Both the position numbers and the translations under genes were made by a program. DNA of 58,631 nt, filler included, from Catajapyx aquilonaris (taxonomy: Eukaryota), in assembly GCA_000934665.2 (NCBI GenBank). It is 3 parts of 3 records of this genome, joined end to end, with 100 filler letters (N's around TTAATTAATTAA, not from the genome) between each part and the next. Parts side by side here need not be neighbours in the genome. Positions count along the whole stretch, not along the records: positions 39,180 to 58,631 come from JYFJ02006455.1; 2 more parts are not named here. One strand, written 5' to 3'. Under the pieces are notes generated by a model. That model had not been told where the DNA came from. It did no database searches and saw nothing but the letters and a program-made list of their open reading frames with translations. Position 1 is the first letter of the stretch, and every line of letters begins with the position of its first letter. Positions 49,301-58,631 of this stretch are shown piece by piece.

Positions 49301-49849
49301 TTTTTAAAAATAGTTGGGTTTATGATCGTTTTATAGCTTTTCATTAGATACTCCAATTCACTCATAATGTAACTGGACCACTCATTATCCCGTGCTGTGG
49401 AAACAAACTTCAAAAATTATTCTAACATTTTAAAGTCTATTGCCGTTCTTGTAGCAGTTGTTTGGTGCATAACCAGGTTTGCAAGAATTGGCTTGCAAAA
49501 ACGGGGTGTGCCAGAGGTCCATGAGTGAGCGGTGCCTGCTTTCGTAATATGTATGAAAAAGTCAGTTGGGGAGTGAATTTTGATGAAAACGAGCTGGAAG
49601 GAGGAGGCAGGGCCCAGAAAAATTTTAAAAAAAGTCGAAGAAGAAGAAGAAAGAAAAAAGAAAGAGATTGCTAGGCACGTCGCATCAATTACCAAGCCTA
49701 ATTGCTCCTTCGTCTAGGAGGTGGAGAATCCTCCTCGGGGCCCTCTTTGCGTGAACCCTGGCCGGGTAGAAAGGCACGAAACATACTAATTACTGGAATT
49801 AAAACATTGCATTAGGTTCATAATCGCGTCTCACGGACAAGGCAGCCTC

Positions 49850-49882
49850 GAGAGAGAGAGAGAGAGAGAGAGAAGAGAGAGA
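49850..49882. repeat. (GA)n microsatellite
   Basis: Visible directly in the sequence. Confidence 0.9.
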
Positions 49883-52800
49883 AAATTTTCTCTATGGCCT
49901 GAGCGCCGGGGCTTCATATTTATTACCCCTGCCCTGGTACCGAATTGTTCCCAGTAACCCCCACCGACTCTATCATTTCCTAGAATAATAAACATATCTT
50001 CATTTTCTCCTTACTCCCCGGGGGTTATTTGTCAGAGCGAGAGCGGGGCACAAATTCATTTAACGCCTTCTCTTTTTCTGGGGGAATGAAAAGGCTTGCG
50101 GACTAATCAGTGCTTTTTTGACGCAACCACATATTAATTTTACTGGCGGTTCAAAATCGTCTTCATCCATTGGAGGTGGGGGGAGGCCCGCAGGCTGGGA
50201 ATTAGAGCCGCATAATTTGTCAACGTGTCACTGCTGGAACTACCTAGCAATACATCATTCAGAAAACATTCTTCTTCTCAAAGCAAGCCAACCCCTCTCC
50301 CTTCTTTCTTTTTTTTCATATTTATATCCCCCCCCCCCCTTCCAGACTTGATCCCACCCAAAATTGAATCGTGATGCGCCATGGGAAACCCCAGCGGGGT
50401 ATGTCTTCGATCCGATTCTCATTTACCTAAATACACACACACTCTCTCTCTCTCTTTTTTTAAAAAATATTTGTAAAAAAAATAAATTTGTGTCGGGGCG
50501 GCTCGAATCAACAATGGGGCTTGAAATTGAGACGTGATTAATGCAATTGGAGGTCGGCTCGTGACACGGGCATCATCATTTCCGCCATGTGTGTGTCCCC
50601 TGAATATCGCATGCTGGACCACCACCCAGGTGATTGACAACTAATCATTGGGCTCATTGGCTTTTACCTGAAGCGCAAGCAAGCCCTAGCGTGCATTTTA
50701 CCGGGGATATTTAATTACACTAATTATCCGTCCTCTTCGGAGCCGAGATGCCAAATGGTCATTAAGCAACCACCTTCTTCCTTAATTACTTCGGCCTGTA
50801 ATCTCGTGACTGCAACCAATAAGGAGAGAGAAAGAGAGAGCAATGTTGTCTGAAAAAGGAACAGCTTACAGGCAGGTCAGTTGTTTTCTACTTTTTATAC
50901 CACAATAATCTTTCCCTCGAGTCTACTCTTCTTTTTTATTATATTCTCTGGATAAAGATCGGGATGAGATATGGGATTAAAATTGTGCGCAAACCGAGCA
51001 ATTTGTACCAACGTGCGTGACGACTAAGCGTATATGCAAAGTGTTGCCCTGATATTATGTTATTTCCATTTGCAATTCCAACTTAATTTCGGGGTTTCCT
51101 GTCACGGTGACTTCCACGACATGCTGTTCAGAAAAAAACTTCCCCGTAACGGACAAATTAATTAACAAATTGTCCAACGCATTGTTGCAACACGCTTGTC
51201 ACATTAGTTGGCAAAAAAAGTTTCGGACAACCATTTTGTTCCTATCGGGCGATAAATGTTCTAATATTTTTCACTGCACAAGTAGACAGTTCTATAGAAC
51301 CTGGAGCAACCAGTAACTCTACATGAACTTCTCTGTATAAAAAGCCGGTGGCCCAACAGGCTTCAAAGTGAAACGTTACTCGCAGCAGTCTGGAGCATCA
51401 TCACTGCGTGCCCTATTTGGAAAAGCCAAGTTCATCGGTCACGTTTGAAAAACTTATGGGGCAGGTTAGCACCACCACATTTCACACACACACACACAGT
51501 TGACCAAAATGCTCGATTCCTTCCCAGGCAACCTTTGGCGGCCCACTCAGCAATTGCAATCACTGCAATTAATGACATGAGAAACGCTTGTTCATTTGGC
51601 CCTGCCAGAAGTCCTGACTGGCTCATGCTTAATCATAGCTTAGAGGCTCACACGCAAAAGATGAGGAAATTACAGGGTGTGTGGAACGCAATGCATGTTT
51701 GCGGTCGGGGACTCGGGAGGGAAACCCGCTCTCTCATGTCGCCTAGATGATTGAGCGTGCTCCTGCTCTTCCTGCTCTGCTCCCGCACACACTATGACCC
51801 CTGACCTCATGCCCGCATACCTGAAGGTTTCAATCGGACACCAATAAGCCATACCAAAAGAGTGTGTCCATCACTTCATTTGGGTGACTCTCACTGCGAG
51901 CCACCTGGTAGGACGCTCCGGTACTAACGCCCGAAGGTAGTGTGCTAGGCCTAGCAGCCAGAATTAATTTGGAGATGTCTGAACCAGCGCAAATCTCTTT
52001 GCAAATAACACCTCGGTATCAGTAAATGGTTGCTCGCAACTGGTTTTGCCAGAAATTCGCATTATTCATGCACACATACATCCCCGGGGGCGAATCCTTC
52101 TAAGGAAAATATTTTGGCGAATAGTAGCTTATTAAAAAGGCCCTTCGGTAAACTGATGTATTAATTAGAGCTTACAAAAGCCCTGAAAATTGGAGCGTGC
52201 GTGACTGTATCAAATTATCTGAGACGATGATTGGGCAGTTACATGAGGCAAGAAAACGGTTTTATAGGTATAGCAAGAAGAGAAGGTAGAACAAAAGGAA
52301 GGGGGGGGGGAGGGAGAGATCGAGCCAAGTAAAAAAAAGAAAGAAAGAATGTTTGGAGATGGGGATCAATTTCTTGACTCCACAAGCAGAACCTTTCTCG
52401 AAGGTGTGCAGGCTTTTTGCTCCCAGGCACGTTAATTGCCGACTTGCACCCTATGGGCGGAAATAATTGGAGACAAATGATGGCTCTAATTATCTGAATA
52501 AAAAAAACACACGCAACACTATATACACACATAGCCAACAGACCCCCACAGTGTTTCTAGGACCCGACCAAATCAGTCCTTCTGACACTTTGGAAGTCAC
52601 AACTTGGGCGTATCCCCTCCTAGTGTCCACCTCGGCAAATGCCCCTAACTGCCAAAGCCCAGGGAAGGGAACAGAGAAAAAATGCCTTCCGAGGCGACGA
52701 CAAGGCGACCAAAGGTCGCTCCGACGCACTTGTCTTCTCAAGGACCCAATACCCATATTTCATGGTCCTCTCGACGCCCGCCTTCCTATTTGTATTGATG

Positions 52801-55800
52801 CTAGGCTTTACACGAATACATGGGACCACTCTTGTCGGGGTCCAGTTTGTCACACTTCTTTTTTTGTCTGTCTTTTTTTTATTTAAAAAAAAAAACTCAG
52901 GACATACCTGCGCAAATGGCGGCCACAGCAAAACGGAGTGAGAAATAAGGACACCGCCCGAACCATTATAGCCGATTTGAATCCCTGGACCATCCATCAG
53001 TTTCAGTTCCATGTCGAGACTTCCATAAACTCTGATGAAGAAGGAGCCCAGCGGGAGGCGCCGTTTTTATCGGCGACCCCCGCGAACAGAACAAAACTAG
53101 CGCGGGCAGTTCGACTGCATACCGAAGGGCTTTTTCGGGGAGGGCCAACCATTATCGGGACATAAGGCACAGATTTTTATCTCCTTTCCTTCCGAGTCGC
53201 AGATGGTTACAAAAAAAAATAAAAATAAAATTGGGGATGAAAAATTATACTGTTGTTTTGCGTACGGCTGCATAGCCACACCGACTTGTTTATTGCTGTC
53301 GATGCAACTTATGGAACTTGGGCCGGTAGATATTTGTTAGGGAGAGGATTTTAATAGGCGGGGGTCGTTGTGGGTGGGCGGAATGTCTGATCGCTGTCAG
53401 GTAGATCCAGGAGGTTGGTCAAAAAAAATGTATAGCCATACTCCAGGTAATTAACTCGTACCTGGAGGTTAATTTAACACGTACGGACATTTACTGCCCT
53501 AGTCCTAAGTTACGTACAGGTTTTAAAAATCAAGATTTTTGTTGGCCACCAGGATACCCTCTAGGCCCTGTCAATATTTTTTTTTACTTCTTCAGTTACA
53601 TTTGCCTTGTAGAATTAATGATAATAGCAGACCTATAAGGTCCTTTCTGAATTTTTTCGCCCTTCCAAAAACTGTTAGGTCAAGTAGTCAGGCTGCGATT
53701 CGTCAGTTAGGGCGTGGTTCACGGTCCGCATTCCTACCCACAAATTAATAGTATAAGAGTTGTGAGTTTTCTCTCTGCCGCTTGCCAGGCTTGGTCTGTC
53801 TCCCCCCCTCTATCCCTCGAGGGCCCCTGTTCGGTGAAACAGGCTCTCAGACACCTGATGGCTCCGAAGCAAAAGCCCGCGCCAGGTAATTTGCCACCGA
53901 TGAAGCCCCGGAGCTTGTGCAACTGTCAGCGCACCTAACGGAGCCTTCTCTTTCAACTTGTCAATCACTGAAGGTTTCCTATGGCATATGGAACACGTTG
54001 TTCAAGAAGAAGAAGAAAATATATACAAAAAAATAACAAAATTGCGAACGAACCGGAAGTGCATTACTATGTATAAGATACGCCGCCAGGTAATAATAAG
54101 TAAGTAGTTGGCTCCGGGTGTGAAAGGTTCAACCCATACTAATTACAGAGCAGGCGGATCAAATTGCTCGAACACATATTTATTTCATAATATAGCAGTT
54201 GGCACTATCATTTTTCAGTGTGATAAATGCAGTACGCATCAGTGTACCTTATGATTGTACCTATTATATTAACGTAACCAGTAGTGTACTTACCTTTACT
54301 CAAGAAAGTGTTCTTACAGGTGCACTGACTATAAGTATACTACACTGCACAGATATTTAATATCTATGGTACACTGCCCATATATTAATATAATATCTAT
54401 GGCACACTGCTCAATAATTATTATGAGAGTAGCAAAGGACACTGATTAAATCTCTACTAGATAAAAATGTGAAAACCACTCGTGCAGATATCCATAATAA
54501 TTACATCGAGTGGAAAATCAACCAAATTAGTATAAAATCACTCAAAATATTTTACAGCCCCGAGTGTGGCATTTAGCAGGCCGAAAAGGCAGTATATTTT
54601 ATAATAGAGAACCATTAATGCTGACCACATTAAGTGTAACTTATATTTTGGAAGTTTATCGCCATTTCGCCCAACAATATTGCTGCCCCCGTTGCCCTCA
54701 AGATTTATGAAGCTTTAACTTTTGACGTTTGAATTATTCAGTTCGGATTGGAAATAACTTCTAAAAGAGCTGCCGCTTTTTTTCCTCCCAAAACGCCATG
54801 CACCTGTGCATGTGCACACTGCCGGAACAAAAAAAAAATTAAAGAGAAAAAATAAATCTAAATAGCCGAGAACTGCACGGTGCGCAATAATCACATTTCA
54901 CGGTGAATTGGTCACACTCAAAGGTATACCCCCATTGCAAAGTTCCGCTCCTGCTGCCCAATAATAATGTCGCAATGGTCGCTATTTTCCACTGTTCCTG
55001 CAACTTGGCAAAGTCCAGCACCTTGACTGTGTCCAAATTTGGGAATAGCCATATGCATCACATATCCACGATTTTTTTCCCCCTGCCGTATTACCGTGTC
55101 CAGTTATATTCACGTGTGCTGCGTTGGAACGAACGCGCAGCCTTGCCATTCATTAAGTTGTAAGAGTTTGAATAATTTTTTAAAAAAGGCTCAGCACCGT
55201 GCTAATATGCGGAAAAGATGCACATAAATGCGCATTTGAAGTATAGTTACGTGATTATTTTTAAAAATCAATTTGGATATTTTGTGAAATATGCACAACG
55301 ATGCGGAATATCCCAATAATTTGTTATTTTTCCACCAGCACTTAATGTTGGCTTCAGTTGATGGTTCCAAGCACAATGAGATTGGTTCCAGCTTGACAGT
55401 GGTGACACGGTACGACACAAACGTATTTATTTCGTCCCCCGGTCGACACTCTCAAATCATCATGGGTCTGTGTAATGGCAACACGGATATAAACAGACGA
55501 GTCGTGAGTCCAGTCGAGATGGCATGAATAGGTTCCTCTGATAAAAGGGGATCCTGCTCATTAATAACAACTTAAAAAAAAGATCGGGTCCTCTCTCTCC
55601 CTTTTCCATACCCCCTCTAACCAAGTCGATTTTTCTCCAGGCCATGTCCCTGCAGACAAAGATTTCACACACGGCCTGTGATTGTCCTCTTCGAGGCCGC
55701 TAATCGGGCAACAAGCACCATATATCTTTTGCGGGGCGGAGTTGACACCTGTCCCCAACCGATGATGGCGACAATCACGGCTCGTGAGAGATGACGATTA

Positions 55801-58631
55801 AGGTGACAACCCCGATTAAACGTTCCTTTTTCTCGATGCATCGATAACCCTGTCTCCTTATATCCTCAGGTGTGTTTGTCCCACTGACAGTTGTATGGGC
55901 AACGAAGTGAAATCCGTGTCAGACGTGTAATCCCACACATGCTCGCGATTCATCGGCTGCGAACACAATGGTCAGATTGTTTACCACATTTTTTTTTCTT
56001 CTTCTTCTTAACTCTAGAGTTAATAACTGGTGTGTAAACTAATGAAAAGCGTTCGGTCAATGTCGCAAGGTACTGGGAAACCCGGACAATAGACAAGGTG
56101 GCCCTTTTCTGTGCCTCTAAAAGTGCAGGACTTCATAGTCTGAGAATGGGAGAAGAATAGAGCGAGGTTTGGCCACAAAGGAAAAGTCGGATGGGAATGT
56201 TTGGATTTTTGGGTTTAGACCCCAGCTTGAAAAGAGACGGGTAGGAAAAAGGAGGTGGGTCCGAACATACTCTTTTTCCTCCACCGACAGATTTACGATA
56301 GGTAATATAATTGGAAGGTGATTCTTCTCCCGGGGACTGCAGGGGGAGAAAAGAACCAGTCCACTTTTACGTTTTCTCTACAAATTGCTCTCTCCTCCTG
56401 TGGCCGAATGACCAGCTATAGACAGGGACAAATGGGGCTGGGCTCTTGTTGGACGAAACCCCGACTGCTCTTCAGGAGGGCGCCCCTATATACCTCGCGG
56501 CTCTAAAAACAAGTGCTCCAAAATACTCGGTTGACACTCTATCATTATGGGACCCTGCTCAAAAGCTGTAGATGGAGAGAAAAATATAAGAAATTTTTAG
56601 GTTGATCTTGGGTTGGATTTACCTCCCAACTATAAAGCATAATTTCTTATATTTTTGGCTGTATGATAAGAGTCAAGGTCATTTTAGTTCCTTACTGTGT
56701 GGCCTCCTAATATTTCCCTCGCCCGCACACTATTCGCATATTGGGTTATTCCGTGACACAATTTGAATGCATGTCTATCGTGAGAGGCGGTTGCATCATG
56801 CAGCCCGCAACCTCCCCTAGTGCTCCATCCAACTAACCAACCAACCAACCAACCCTAAGCATGTGTTTAAGATTTATGCGTGCCTGCCTATGCCCAATTT
56901 GACTCTGTGGAGTCTCGTGCGCCAATTCCGCTAATTCTAGGTTTGCAATTGAAATGCGGATACGAGTATGGACTGCAATTTCCTTTGCAGACAAGCATGC
57001 AATTACCTGTGACGCGACCCAAAATATTGAACTACCGGGATACGGTAATTTTTCAGGGGCCCTGGGAAACGATCCCTAGAGCCAACACGTTCTCTTGATG
57101 CGAATTCGGCGCAAAATACAATTCCGAAAATAGCAACCAGCACATTCAGCTATAAAAAATCCTTTAATCGCCGTAATAAATAACCGTATGGAAATTAAAT
57201 GTTCCGTTTCCTCTTTCTCGCTCATTACTGCAGCCCTTCTTTTTTTCTCTCTCTCTCTCTCCTCGCTTCGAGGTTGTTGTGCGCGACTGAAAAGCATGAC
57301 TTAACCCCTTTAGCTTGCGGATTCCTAGTGGATCGTAATGGAGTAGAGAACCGAGGGGGTGTAGCTTTGTTTATGGCACATTAGAGCCCACACTCACGGC
57401 TCACTTGCTCCTCTGACACGCTTGTTGTACACACACACCGCGCGGTGCCATCTTGGCAACCCTTACCCTCCTCTCCCCGTATCCGATCCGGGGCATTTCA
57501 CTCCTTGGCCCCCCTTTGTGCCTGCCGCCTCTTTTTTTGGGGCCCCCCTTACCAAAACATGGGGGTGTCAATTATGTTTAGTGATAGATGGCCCGCAGTT
57601 GGGATCGCACGGAAATTGCCTCAAGCTAGAGGGTGAACTAAACAAATTGTTGGCCATTTTTTGAGGGGGAAGTTGCAGCAGCAGGCTCTTCACCGGATCT
57701 CTCTATACTGCTGGGATGACTTCATCCTTATTCTTCCAGCCTCGCCGTAAACACAGGGGTTAGGTTGCGATGAACCAGCTTCTAACGTAGCCAAAGGTCA
57801 AGGTGGGGTAAAATTGATAGGAGGCTCCGGCATTATCGGCCGAATGAATTTGAAGCCGGCCACCCGAGCTCAGGACATATAAATAGCCAGATGATCGCAC
57901 ATTTTCGAGCCATTACGAAATACAAGTGCCTCAAAAGCCGATTGGCCGTGACCAGGAAATGGACCAGCGTCCCTCACCTACTCTTCTTGCTGATTTTTTT
58001 GTAGTCAGAAATGGCGTGTGCGGATAGAGGAGGGAGTGGAAATGGTCCTAATAAATATTCATTTGTAGCCGGAATGAAGGCCGTGACAGGTCATTAGGTC
58101 GCCAGCAGTGAGGCTTCAAATGGAGCGTGAGAAGGCGGACTTGCTATTCGGATGGGGACTGGCAAAACCAGAAAGAGACTTTGGGCGCCGGCGCCAATCA
58201 CCGGATAGGAGGAGCCCTGCCCCGTATATGCATCTCATCCGCCATCATCCCAATTCCACCGATATTATTGCATACATCGATGCAACATTCTGTAAATAAT
58301 TCCAGTTTAAATCGGTCTCGACAATTTTTGAACATGTAAGTTAGCAACTTAGGTCCTTACAGTTTGTATACACAATGCCATTTTCAGTAATATCGCAACA
58401 ATATAATCTGTGCATCTGGGCGTACTAGTATTGCCCGGCCAGGCAAGGACTCCCCAGCTAAACTGCAGGATATCTCTTTTTTTTTAGCCGCAAAAAAGTT
58501 TGTCAATCCCACGCAAGCGAATGTATCGGTTTGTTGCCCTGACCCAACATCAATCGCACACACAGATTCAGCCCCTTTTTTAGGCCCGGAGGGGGTGGGT
58601 GGAGGGGGTGGAGGGGAGGTCCGGGCTTGCC

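Overview
This is eukaryotic, invertebrate (probably arthropod) genomic DNA. It appears to be three ~19.5-kb sequences (1-19498, 19599-39079, 39180-58631) joined by artificial 44N-TTAATTAATTAA-44N spacers, so nothing should be inferred about synteny across the spacers. Block 1 holds a spliced TMEM130-like gene (7 coding exons found, first exon not located) and a 3-exon gene with an intronless array of 42-aa TPR repeats, plus SINEs, an RTE fragment and many MITEs. Block 2 is the most striking. It has no recognisable host gene and is a dense patchwork of fragments from many transposon superfamilies (Chapaev3, Kolobok/YqaJ, EnSpm, Transib, Sola, MULE, Tc1, ISL2EU-like, Penelope, LINE ORF1, solo LTRs). 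It also holds two endogenised RNA-virus genes, a chuvirus-like L polymerase and a partitivirus-like capsid. 17 of 18 orientable insertions lie on the minus strand, which is the architecture of a unistrand (flamenco-like) piRNA cluster archiving transposons and viruses. Block 3 is largely non-coding, with a few TE remnants and palindromes followed by a long TE-poor, TAAT-rich stretch.
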